64,000 nt of DNA from an uncultured Candidatus Saccharibacteria bacterium (GTDB lineage: Bacteria > Patescibacteriota > WWE3 > UBA101185 > UBA10185). This document shows positions 38,356-46,743 of the stretch, piece after piece. Every line of letters begins with the position of its first letter. The stretch's first letter is position 1. The notes under the pieces were generated by a model, which did not search any database, was not told the DNA's origin, and saw only the letters and a list, made by a program, of their open reading frames with translations. Both the position numbers and the translations under genes were made by a program. Location: positions 337,492 through 401,491 of the forward strand of contig CAZXUJ010000001.1 in the NCBI GenBank assembly GCA_964643995.1, given 5' to 3'.

Positions 38356-38464
38356 AACAGCCGCGAAGAAAATCCACTATTTTGTGGTGCATGAAACCTT
38401 AAAAGGGGCTACTCTTCAGGGTTTCATGCTTCGCGGCTGTTACTACAAGGGTAGTCCCTTTTTT
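38356..38464 (+). ncRNA. Putative structured RNA (three-way junction with loop-tail pairing)
   Basis: 13-bp outer stem, two inner hairpins, and 14-nt complementarity between a loop and the 3' tail; TATAAT upstream at 38335-38340. Confidence 0.5.
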
Positions 38465-38555
38465 ATGTACAGTTGCAAAAATAACTACAATTTAAAAACT
38501 TGCCTATATTTAAGTGGTCTGTCATCAATCATCTTGAAAAATAAATTTATATTGT

Positions 38556-39302
38556 ATGGAGGTGATTAATACGGAAAATAATGAAAACAAACCAAAAAAG
38601 AAAAGTAAGTTAACAATGTTGGGTTATATAATCGGTGGATTATTCATATTTGGAGGTGTCAGTTTCATCTTTTCAAAAGAGACTGGACCGCTGGTTGGTT
38701 TAGGGTACTTAGCTTCGGGTTTAGTTGTATTTCCTCCGTTTTGGGAGTTTATGAAAAAGAAATACGATTTTGTATTATCTAGACCACTAAAAATTATGGC
38801 ATTTTTAGTTCTTATGGGAATTACAGGAGGTTTACTGGTGCAGAGAGCTGATAAATATCAAGAACCTAAACCTACTGTAGAAAAGATTACCAACGTTACG
38901 TCGCCTACAGTAAAAAAGGAAGTTAAAACTACGCCCAAAATTGTTGAAGAAAAACCCAAAGTAGAGCCTTTGGATATAGCTATTACAAGCCAGATCGTTA
39001 AAAAAGTAGATGGAAAATGCAGATACTTTTTTGATGTAAGGAACACTGATGTAAATGAATTTGAAGGTTCTGTAGAAATTGCACTTATGAACTCATCCGG
39101 AAGTACTTTAGGCAGAGAAACTTTCAACACCAATAAACCTATCCAACCATCTTTAGGTTCAACTGTTTATTTTGATATAAACACTTGTCCAGGGGGAGAA
39201 TTAGGAATATCAGATTATTCATACAAGGTTATGGTTGGGAAAGATATAGTAGCTGAGGGTAAGAAAAGTATTACTTCTAAGTATGAGAACTTGAGTTATT
39301 GA
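38556..39302 (+). CDS. Three-TM membrane protein with extracellular Ig-like domain
   Basis: Three TMs, P/K/T-rich linker, beta-rich C-terminus with two Cys. Confidence 0.7.
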   Translation: MEVINTENNENKPKKKSKLTMLGYIIGGLFIFGGVSFIFSKETGPLVGLGYLASGLVVFPPFWEFMKKKYDFVLSRPLKIMAFLVLMGITGGLLVQRADKYQEPKPTVEKITNVTSPTVKKEVKTTPKIVEEKPKVEPLDIAITSQIVKKVDGKCRYFFDVRNTDVNEFEGSVEIALMNSSGSTLGRETFNTNKPIQPSLGSTVYFDINTCPGGELGISDYSYKVMVGKDIVAEGKKSITSKYENLSY

Positions 39303-40114
39303 CCATCTTGGAAGAACCTCTCTGGAGGTTCTTCCACTTGGTTGTTGTCAATTTTTGATAATGCATTTGAGAAGTCGGTTTCAACTTGTTTAAGTATTTG
39401 TTTCAAATCCTCTTTCACATTTCGTCTGAATTCATTTTGACCTTTTAGCCAAAAATGCTGTGTTGTATTGAAATCATAAAAAATTAACTCACTTGTTTCC
39501 CACATCATCAATAACATAAAGTTTGCTAATGATAGGTTTGCTAACGTTCTATATGAAAGTTTCTCTGTATACCCGCCACCTACAATTAGGGTGCCTTCAT
39601 GCATATTGTAATGTGTTCCGATAACTTGCCTTGATGGGTGCGTAACTTTACTCAAAATTCCATACATAGTGCCTGCATCTTTAATTACTGTTTTTAGATA
39701 ACGTATACAATCGTTGCCGCTAACTTTATTTTTTTTATATTTTTCAAATATTGTTTCATCAGCATGAAATGCGAATGCCAAAGCAAGACTTTCAAACGCA
39801 GACCGCATTAGATATTGAGGTTCTAGCACATATCCCTGCTTACTTAATTGAATGGCGCCAATCATGGTGTTACAGGCTTGCCAAATTATCGCTTGTGATT
39901 CAAACAACTCATCAGATACCTTTTCCTGTTCTGTGTTTACAATGATATCTAAGATTTTGTATATATGCGTGAGGATGAAGACATTGTGTGCTAATTGAAC
40001 TTTAAACTTTTTGTTGACTTCCTTTTGAGCATTTTCCGAGTACTCATACATAACTTTAGTTATTAATTCTGCATAATGTCTTAGCTTAGGATCGTTGTGT
40101 ATTTTATCGGTCAT
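39296..40114 (-). CDS. Helical hypothetical protein, DUF5677/HEPN-like
   Basis: LMRSAFE and YGILSKVTHPS motifs. Confidence 0.5.
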   Translation of the reverse strand: MTDKIHNDPKLRHYAELITKVMYEYSENAQKEVNKKFKVQLAHNVFILTHIYKILDIIVNTEQEKVSDELFESQAIIWQACNTMIGAIQLSKQGYVLEPQYLMRSAFESLALAFAFHADETIFEKYKKNKVSGNDCIRYLKTVIKDAGTMYGILSKVTHPSRQVIGTHYNMHEGTLIVGGGYTEKLSYRTLANLSLANFMLLMMWETSELIFYDFNTTQHFWLKGQNEFRRNVKEDLKQILKQVETDFSNALSKIDNNQVEEPPERFFQDGQ

Positions 40115-40196
40115 AGTGCAATTATACTTGGGAAAAGGAAATGCAGGTGAAGTTGTTTTTTCTCAAGAGTTCGTATTTCCAATAGACATTTAGTTT

Positions 40197-40703
40197 TTAT
40201 TGCAATATTTTTGTCATATCTTCTAATAGTGTTTGGCAAAGTTTTTTATTCTCATCTTGTTGCTCTTTTGTAAGAATGTATTGTTCTTTTGTTTGAAAAT
40301 CCATGAGAGCAATAGTTTCGTTATTTGCCTTAAAATACACAGGGTTTAAAACAAACAGTGAATGTTTTACTAAATTTAAAATTTTATTGAACTTCTCTAA
40401 ATCACTAATGATTCTTAGATGCTCTTCTGTGGTAATACCTACCAATTGTAAGTCTATAGATTTAAACTTAGTAAGGTGTTTCCCTAACATGCCTGAGTTT
40501 ACGGGCTGTTCAAACATTTCCAACACTTGCGATAAACTTAGTATAAGGCTATTTCCTAAGGACAATATTGCTCCCATATACATCCATACTCTTTGTATAT
40601 ATTGATCCGCAATTGTTGGTCCATCAGTTGTTTTTTGTATATATATCATCTTCAACGATTTTAGCATTTTAAGTTGCCGTGTTATTAAAAGTATGTCATC
40701 CAT
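40197..40703 (-). CDS. Hypothetical protein (possible degenerate HEPN); start uncertain
   Basis: Helical; GMLG and FNKILNLVKH resemble the RxxxxH context. Confidence 0.5.
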   Translation of the reverse strand: MDDILLITRQLKMLKSLKMIYIQKTTDGPTIADQYIQRVWMYMGAILSLGNSLILSLSQVLEMFEQPVNSGMLGKHLTKFKSIDLQLVGITTEEHLRIISDLEKFNKILNLVKHSLFVLNPVYFKANNETIALMDFQTKEQYILTKEQQDENKKLCQTLLEDMTKILQ

Positions 40704-40710
40704 TGTGTAG

Positions 40711-42006
40711 ATGACTAAAGCAAAAGAAGAATTAAAATACTGTCTTTATGCTCGCAAAAGTTCGGAATCAGATGAACGGCAAGCACGTTCAATAGAATCT
40801 CAAATTAATGAAATGCAGGAACAAGCAAAGAAAGAAGGATTGAATATCGTAGAAGTTAAAAAAGAGTCGCACAGTGCAAAGATATCGGGGACACGACCTG
40901 TATTCTTGGAGATACTTAAAGAAATTAATTTAGAAAAATACAATGGGATTTTAGCTTGGTCACCAGACCGATTGAGTAGAAATGCAGGAGACTTAGGAAG
41001 TTTAGTAGATTTGATGGATAGAAAGAAACTTGTTCATATTAAAACTTATTCTCAATCTTTTACCAACAACCCAAACGAAAAGTTTTTACTTATGATTTTA
41101 TGTTCCCAAGCAAAGCTAGAGAATGACAACAGATCGCTACATGTTCAAAGAGGTATTAGAAACAAATGTGAAATGGGTTGGAGACCTTGCCCTGCACCTA
41201 TTGGCTATATTAATTACTCCCATGAAGGCACTAAAAAAGTGATGCTTGATAAAGAAGCAGCTCCCTATGTAAAGGAACTGTTTGAACTTGTAGCCCATGC
41301 AAACTATAGCGGAAGAGATTTAAGAGAACATCTAAAACAAGATAAAAATCTCCGACGACTAACTAACAAGAAAATATCTTTAAGTATGATTTATACAATA
41401 TTGAAAACGCCTTTTTATTACGGTGAATTCGAATATCCACAAGGAAGTGGGAAATGGTACAAAGGTGCTCACGAACCCATAATTGAAAAGTGGCTATTTG
41501 ATAAAGTGCAAAGGAAATTAGTCACTTCAAAAAAATCGAAATGGGGTTCAACTTTCTTTTTATTTAAGCATGTATTCAAGTGTGCTTATTGTGGAGCAAA
41601 CTTTGTTGGTGAAGAAAAACATAAAATGCTCAAAGGTGGAAAGAAAAGGACATATACATATTATCGCTGTTCCAGGCAAGTGGATCCGAACTGTGAGGAA
41701 CCGTATGTAAATGAAAATGAATTAATTGGTGAGTTAATCAATTATGTGGGATTGATAGAAAATAAGAGAGACTCAAACCTACATCTAAACAGTAAAATCA
41801 GAGGCAGAATGGATAAATTTACCAAGTTAAGAATGTCTTTACTTGAAGGAAAGAATATAAAAGTCCACGAAAAAGTAACATTTACGGAGTATTTCAAATA
41901 CATTATTTATAATGGAACTAAAGAAGAAAAACAGGAAGCAATTGAAACACTGAAACTACCGTTATTCATTCACAATAAGACTGTTTACACACATCCGTTA
42001 GGATAA
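40711..42006 (+). CDS. Large serine recombinase (integrase)
   Basis: YARKSSE, SAK..RPVF, DRLSRN, recombinase domain (PIGY, PFYYG, HEPII), zinc ribbon CAYC...YYRC...C. Confidence 0.95.
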   Translation: MTKAKEELKYCLYARKSSESDERQARSIESQINEMQEQAKKEGLNIVEVKKESHSAKISGTRPVFLEILKEINLEKYNGILAWSPDRLSRNAGDLGSLVDLMDRKKLVHIKTYSQSFTNNPNEKFLLMILCSQAKLENDNRSLHVQRGIRNKCEMGWRPCPAPIGYINYSHEGTKKVMLDKEAAPYVKELFELVAHANYSGRDLREHLKQDKNLRRLTNKKISLSMIYTILKTPFYYGEFEYPQGSGKWYKGAHEPIIEKWLFDKVQRKLVTSKKSKWGSTFFLFKHVFKCAYCGANFVGEEKHKMLKGGKKRTYTYYRCSRQVDPNCEEPYVNENELIGELINYVGLIENKRDSNLHLNSKIRGRMDKFTKLRMSLLEGKNIKVHEKVTFTEYFKYIIYNGTKEEKQEAIETLKLPLFIHNKTVYTHPLG

Positions 42007-42010
42007 AACA

Positions 42011-42730
42011 TCAAATATTTTCACTAAGTTCAAAAACTTCCCTTTTCGAAGGGAGAGGTAAGGGACTTTTCCCAAAAACAACTTTTTTATTTGTCCCAAG
42101 AGAAAATTTACATGAATCAGGTTTTGAATAGTTATTACCATCATTAACAACATCAATTTCTATTGATTTATCTAGTTCCGGCCAAATTCTAGTAAGCACA
42201 AAAGTTTTATTTGGTTTTGGAATAGGACCTATAAGGTATACTGCTGGTTTTGGCTTTATTTCCCTAATTTCATCATGAACCTTTTTGTGATTAATATGTA
42301 CGTTGTTCTTTGTGATATTGCAAAGGATTATAGTCTTGTCGTCATATGCCTTTTTCGCAAGCTTAGGTGATAGTTTAGTATTTATAAGGAAAGTACCTAA
42401 ATCGAGCGACTCTCTTTCTGAGTATTCAACTACTTCCACATCCTGGAGATTCATGTGTACTGGTTTGTCGTCAGACTCTACTAGATTCATTGTTACTATA
42501 TCTGGAGAGTCATTTATAGCTTTGGGTACCTGCATCATGAAGTGCAATCTTGTAAACTTGTTAATTCCTAGTAGCGCTATTGCTACAACTTTTGCTTCTA
42601 TAACTTTTTTAAATTCTCTGGAAGTTAATACTTTGTCCCCATACGTTTTTAGTAGTTCATCGTAATAAACCAGAACTAATCTAGGGGAAACCCAGCATTT
42701 CTCTTGTGCATTATAATAATCTAGTGACAT
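42011..42730 (-). CDS. Hypothetical protein, possible PD-(D/E)xK-like fold
   Basis: E..., DSPDIV, QDVEVVEY pattern. Confidence 0.6.
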   Translation of the reverse strand: MSLDYYNAQEKCWVSPRLVLVYYDELLKTYGDKVLTSREFKKVIEAKVVAIALLGINKFTRLHFMMQVPKAINDSPDIVTMNLVESDDKPVHMNLQDVEVVEYSERESLDLGTFLINTKLSPKLAKKAYDDKTIILCNITKNNVHINHKKVHDEIREIKPKPAVYLIGPIPKPNKTFVLTRIWPELDKSIEIDVVNDGNNYSKPDSCKFSLGTNKKVVFGKSPLPLPSKREVFELSENI

Positions 42731-42779
42731 ATCTGGATGTTAGCATAATTGCCGTCAACTGATGAGTTATACTTAGTTT

Positions 42780-43004
42780 ATGGATAAGAAAGTTCTTATT
42801 GAAAAACTTAAAAATGCTAGATCGACTATGGTTTTGGAAAGAACCCTCATTCAAGTCTTTGAAGATATGAACTATAAAAACAATCATATAGATTTTGAGG
42901 CTTTCAAGAGGGAGCTTGGCTCTGACATCGCAGTATACATCTCAAAAACTTTGGGTGATGGTAGGGGTATAGTAGAGATTCTTGAAGATCACTATAAAAA
43001 ATAG
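42780..43004 (+). CDS. Small hypothetical protein
   Basis: 74-aa ORF just downstream of a TATACT box. Confidence 0.55.
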   Translation: MDKKVLIEKLKNARSTMVLERTLIQVFEDMNYKNNHIDFEAFKRELGSDIAVYISKTLGDGRGIVEILEDHYKK

Positions 43005-43120
43005 ATGTTGTTGTAAACTAAACCAAATCAAGCAAAACAGCGGTTCGTGAGTTAAAAAATCAATAGGGGTTTTATCAAACCATTAACGGGTAATTTAAGC
43101 ATCATGGTCACAATGATGCC

Positions 43121-43131
43121 CATTCTGGTCG
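43121..43131 (+). repeat. att core direct repeat copy 2 (CATTCTGGTCG)
   Basis: Overlaps the tRNA-Pro 3' end; identical to 22804-22814. Confidence 0.7.
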
Positions 43132-43202
43132 GGGTGACAGGACTCGAACCTGCGACCTCACGCACCCCATGCGTGCGCGCTAGCCAACTGCGCCACACCC
43201 CG
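43126..43202 (-). tRNA. tRNA-Pro(GGG)
   Basis: CGGGGTG...CACCCCG ACCA cloverleaf; anticodon arm CACGC-ATGGGGT-GCGTG; GGTTCGAGTCC T-arm. Confidence 0.97.
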
Positions 43203-43212
43203 ACGTATTCGG

Positions 43213-43249
43213 CGGGATGGTAGTGATGTACTTATCACGTCACACCCCG
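43213..43249 (-). repeat. 37-nt acceptor-stem-mimic hairpin in tRNA-Pro(GGG) leader
   Basis: CGGGGTG TGAC GTGAT AAGTAC ATCAC TAC CATCCCG; 34/37 identical to 51775-51811. Confidence 0.85.
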
Positions 43250-43332
43250 ACGTATTCGAACAGGTGAATAATACCATTTACATGACATCGCCAACCATAT
43301 ATGAAAAAATTAATGTATAGGAGGTGATAATA

Positions 43333-43779
43333 ATGGACGAAAATATACAGCAAACAACAACACCAGCTGCGCCTAAAGTTGAAATAATGTATGCAACTTT
43401 CATGCAAAGATTTCTAGCAGTATTGATTGATGCAGTACTTGTAGGATTAGTTGTTGGTGTCAGTGGAATTATTCTAAACCCAATATTTGGGGGCGAGGAT
43501 GGTATGTTTTACAACCCTCTTGGAATAGTGCTTGGACTTGGGTATGCGATATTCATGCTAACACAGTATGGGGCGACACTTGGAAAAAAGGCACTTGGCA
43601 TAAAGGTTGTTAAACAAGAAGTTGGCGAAAATCTTAATCCCGTAGACGCATTCTTGAGAGAGGTGGTCGGTAAGTGTTTATCGAGCTTTTTCTTGATAGG
43701 ATATCTTTGGATGCTTTGGGACCCAAACAAGCAGACATGGCATGACAAGATAGCAAAGAGTTTAGTTGTGAAAGCTTAA
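43333..43779 (+). CDS. RDD family membrane protein
   Basis: RFLAVLID, GATLGK..LGIKVV, KQTWHDKIA. Confidence 0.9.
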   Translation: MDENIQQTTTPAAPKVEIMYATFMQRFLAVLIDAVLVGLVVGVSGIILNPIFGGEDGMFYNPLGIVLGLGYAIFMLTQYGATLGKKALGIKVVKQEVGENLNPVDAFLREVVGKCLSSFFLIGYLWMLWDPNKQTWHDKIAKSLVVKA

Positions 43780-44438
43780 GGTGTTTGTAAAACTACTGGA
43801 GGACGTTTAGTAAGCTTTAGATGGAATAAAGGTCTTTCCTGCCCAAAGCTAAGTTTTTTACTCCAAGTTGAATCGAAATTTTTTAAAGTCTCTTTTTGTA
43901 GAGGGCTTATGGTTACCTCCTGAAAACCTACATTCAGAAAATTTGGGACGACGTTAGCCTTAACATACTCTAGACTCAAATTTTCCAAACCCAATCTGTC
44001 AACTTCGGTTGGTTCTGTTTCCTGCGCATAACCAAACAATATTTCTAGCTCGCCATTCTCTTTCAGTAAGTCATACAACTTTTTTGGTGCCTCAGAATCA
44101 GGCAACACTATAGAACTAAGCAGAGAACCCCAAGGCAATATAACCGTTACTTTGGTGGCGAGACCATAGAGCTCCTCAGGCAATAGCTCGATAGAACCTA
44201 AAACAAATAAACAATTATTAACTTTTGTTTTAACAGCTTTTTTGGAATATTTTTCTAGTTGTGCCTGGCTCGGATCTACACCAATAAAAAGGCCATCTTG
44301 GGTTTTGATAGCATTCTTAAAAACAAAACGACCATCACCGGTACCAATATCAATATGGACAGTATTAAATTTTTGGGTTAACTCGGCGAGATCGAGCCTT
44401 GTGATATCGCGAGTTGAACTACCTAGAATCAGTCGCAT
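43776..44438 (-). CDS. NpmA/KamB-like 16S rRNA (A1408-N1) methyltransferase
   Basis: IDIGTGDG, IGVDP, E.LP.EL, LPWGSLL, STWSKKL (both conserved Trp present). Confidence 0.8.
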   Translation of the reverse strand: MRLILGSSTRDITRLDLAELTQKFNTVHIDIGTGDGRFVFKNAIKTQDGLFIGVDPSQAQLEKYSKKAVKTKVNNCLFVLGSIELLPEELYGLATKVTVILPWGSLLSSIVLPDSEAPKKLYDLLKENGELEILFGYAQETEPTEVDRLGLENLSLEYVKANVVPNFLNVGFQEVTISPLQKETLKNFDSTWSKKLSFGQERPLFHLKLTKRPPVVLQTP

Positions 44439-44474
44439 TGTTGTTATTATAGCCTTTTCAGCTAAAATAATCAT

Positions 44475-45914
44475 ATGATCCTCGGAAAACGTGTGAATAA
44501 AACATATTTTTGTGAACCCGTTCTAAAAGAGCTGGAGTTCAAAATTGGCAATAATAAGAAGATTGGGATTGTTGGAAAAAACGGTTGTGGGAAAACCACA
44601 CTCTTAAAACTTATTGCAGGAGAAGAATCTACTACTGAAGGAACAATTGAAATTCAGAGTGAAATTGTAGGTTATATTCCACAAGAGCTGGAATTTTCAA
44701 AGGGTTTGGTAGGCGAATTACTTGAAGAAAGTCTAGAGGGGCATTGGGAATTTTACAAAGCTGAGATCCTGGTTAGCCAACTGAACTATGAAAACTTTGA
44801 TGCTTACCAGGAAATAAAAACGTTGAGTGAGGGTCAGAAAATGAAATTAAAATTAATTGAGACACTTCTTAAGGAGCCCACAGTGCTACTTATTGATGAG
44901 CCAACCAATCATTTAGATATTGAGGGCATTCATTGGTTTGAAGATTACATTAAAAATCTACACAAGACGGTAGTTATGATTTCACACGATAGAACATTTT
45001 TGAACAATACCGTAGATGAAATCTGGGAGATAGAAAATGGTTCAATAATAAGATTTGTAGGTGACTATGATAACTACAAAGGCGAAAAACTTAAATTGAT
45101 AGATAAGTGGGACCAGGAGTATGTACTATTTTTAAAGCATAAAGCAAAGCTTGAAAGACTACTCGACAATGCCAGAAAAATAAAGGGGGATAAACGAGGA
45201 AGAGCTGTGAAAGCTGCTAAGAAGAGAATTGACAGAGAAGTCACACAAAACAGCAAAGAAAAGTATTCCACCAAAATAATCAAGAATGTCGAATTTGATA
45301 CCGATACTAGAAAAAGCAAGCTCATGGTACGGTTTGACCACATCACTAAAGATTATGGCGAAAAAAATGTTTTTACAGACTTATCTTTTGAAGTGCGAGG
45401 CAAAGAAAAAGTTTGGTTATTTGGTCCAAATGGTGGTGGAAAAAGCACCATGGTAAAAATGATTATGGGCGAAGAACAGCCTACTGCAGGAAACATAACC
45501 ATTGGTGACAACATACGAGTAGGGTACTTTGCACAAAAACAAACTCACCTAGATTATGATAAAAGCCTGCTAGATCATTTTATTGAAAAAACGGGATGCA
45601 AGTACGATAAAGCATTTGGAATGCTGGACAAATTCTTGTTTGATAAGGATGCGGTAAAAAAACGTGTGCGTAATTTAAGTCCGGGGGAACGTGCTAGATT
45701 TGCATTTGCAATATTTGCATATGAGGATTACGACATGTTGATTTTGGATGAACCGACAAATCATCTGGATATTGATACCAAAGAAGTCATCGAGAAAAGT
45801 TTATCAAAGTACGAAGGAACGCTTCTTTTGGTCTCACATGATAGATATTTTGTTGAAAGTGTTGGTGTAGGAAAGCTGTTAAATCTACGGGAAGGAACTT
45901 TGGAAATACTTTAG
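44475..45914 (+). CDS. ABC-F family ribosome-associated ATPase
   Basis: Two ABC domains (GKNGCGKTT, GPNGGGKST; DEPTNHLD twice; SHDR twice), no TM. Confidence 0.9.
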   Translation: MILGKRVNKTYFCEPVLKELEFKIGNNKKIGIVGKNGCGKTTLLKLIAGEESTTEGTIEIQSEIVGYIPQELEFSKGLVGELLEESLEGHWEFYKAEILVSQLNYENFDAYQEIKTLSEGQKMKLKLIETLLKEPTVLLIDEPTNHLDIEGIHWFEDYIKNLHKTVVMISHDRTFLNNTVDEIWEIENGSIIRFVGDYDNYKGEKLKLIDKWDQEYVLFLKHKAKLERLLDNARKIKGDKRGRAVKAAKKRIDREVTQNSKEKYSTKIIKNVEFDTDTRKSKLMVRFDHITKDYGEKNVFTDLSFEVRGKEKVWLFGPNGGGKSTMVKMIMGEEQPTAGNITIGDNIRVGYFAQKQTHLDYDKSLLDHFIEKTGCKYDKAFGMLDKFLFDKDAVKKRVRNLSPGERARFAFAIFAYEDYDMLILDEPTNHLDIDTKEVIEKSLSKYEGTLLLVSHDRYFVESVGVGKLLNLREGTLEIL

Positions 45915-45916
45915 AA

Positions 45917-46717
45917 ATGCTTGAAAACGAAATTCCCAGAATCATTCCCATTTGGAAACCTGTTGGTGAATCAACTCACAGGATTGCTAAAAGTGTTTCT
46001 GAGGTTTACAACATCCTCTCGTCTCATACAGGAACATTAGACCCAATGGCAGAAGGTGTAATTGTTGTGCTAATCGACGAAACAAGGTTAAGAAAATATG
46101 AATATGCCAAGTGGAAAAAAACTTATGAATTTGACATTGTTTTGGGATTAAAATCCGACTCTTTAGACGGTCTTGGTATAGTAGAGATTGTAGAAAATAA
46201 GCAAACATTCAATTTCAAAAAACTTGAAAAAGTTTTGGATAGCATGCAAGGCGCATACACACAAAAAATACCTAACTACTCAGCTATTAAAGTAAAAGGT
46301 AAAGAACTTCATTGGTGGGCAAGAAATAACAGGCTAAGTGAAATAGAAATTCCAACAAGATCTGGTGAAATAGATGACCTGAAACTTATGGAGATAACAC
46401 AGACGAGGTTTGGAGAAATTGCTTTGCAGACAATAAAGGACATTAGGTTAGTAGATGGGGACTTGCGGCAAGATTTAGCAATAGCCTGTTGGAAAAATAT
46501 AGAAAATAAATACGGAGGTGAAAAAACAACAAAATTCAAGCTTAGGGTTCAAATGTCCAAAGGGTTATACGTAAGACAGCTAACTCAAGATATATTGGGT
46601 ATGATTGGATTGATAGGGATCACTTTAAACATAAAACGTACACAAAACGGAAAGTACGCTCAAAACAACTGCTACACGTTGAGTCAAATAATTCCAATAA
46701 CCAGGCCTCACAAATAA
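45917..46717 (+). CDS. truB: tRNA pseudouridine-55 synthase
   Basis: KPVG, HTGTLDPMAEGV, KKTY, P.YSAIKVKG, SKGLYVR. Confidence 0.9.
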   Translation: MLENEIPRIIPIWKPVGESTHRIAKSVSEVYNILSSHTGTLDPMAEGVIVVLIDETRLRKYEYAKWKKTYEFDIVLGLKSDSLDGLGIVEIVENKQTFNFKKLEKVLDSMQGAYTQKIPNYSAIKVKGKELHWWARNNRLSEIEIPTRSGEIDDLKLMEITQTRFGEIALQTIKDIRLVDGDLRQDLAIACWKNIENKYGGEKTTKFKLRVQMSKGLYVRQLTQDILGMIGLIGITLNIKRTQNGKYAQNNCYTLSQIIPITRPHK

Positions 46718-46743
46718 TCGCCGGAGGCGAGAGATAAAATTTT

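Larger units (their letters stand above)
22804..43131. mobile_element. tRNA-Pro-integrated element with serine recombinase, ParB-methylase/terminase module and defence cargo
   Basis: 11-bp direct repeat at both ends; recombinase near the tRNA; contents wholly non-housekeeping. Confidence 0.8.

Noticed and set aside
38384-38569. 61-aa ORF
   Set aside because: Coincides with the palindromic structured region; no protein-like features
35055-42006. Complete prophage
   Set aside because: Terminase is present, but no portal, capsid, tail, lysis or replication genes are recognisable within the att-bounded region
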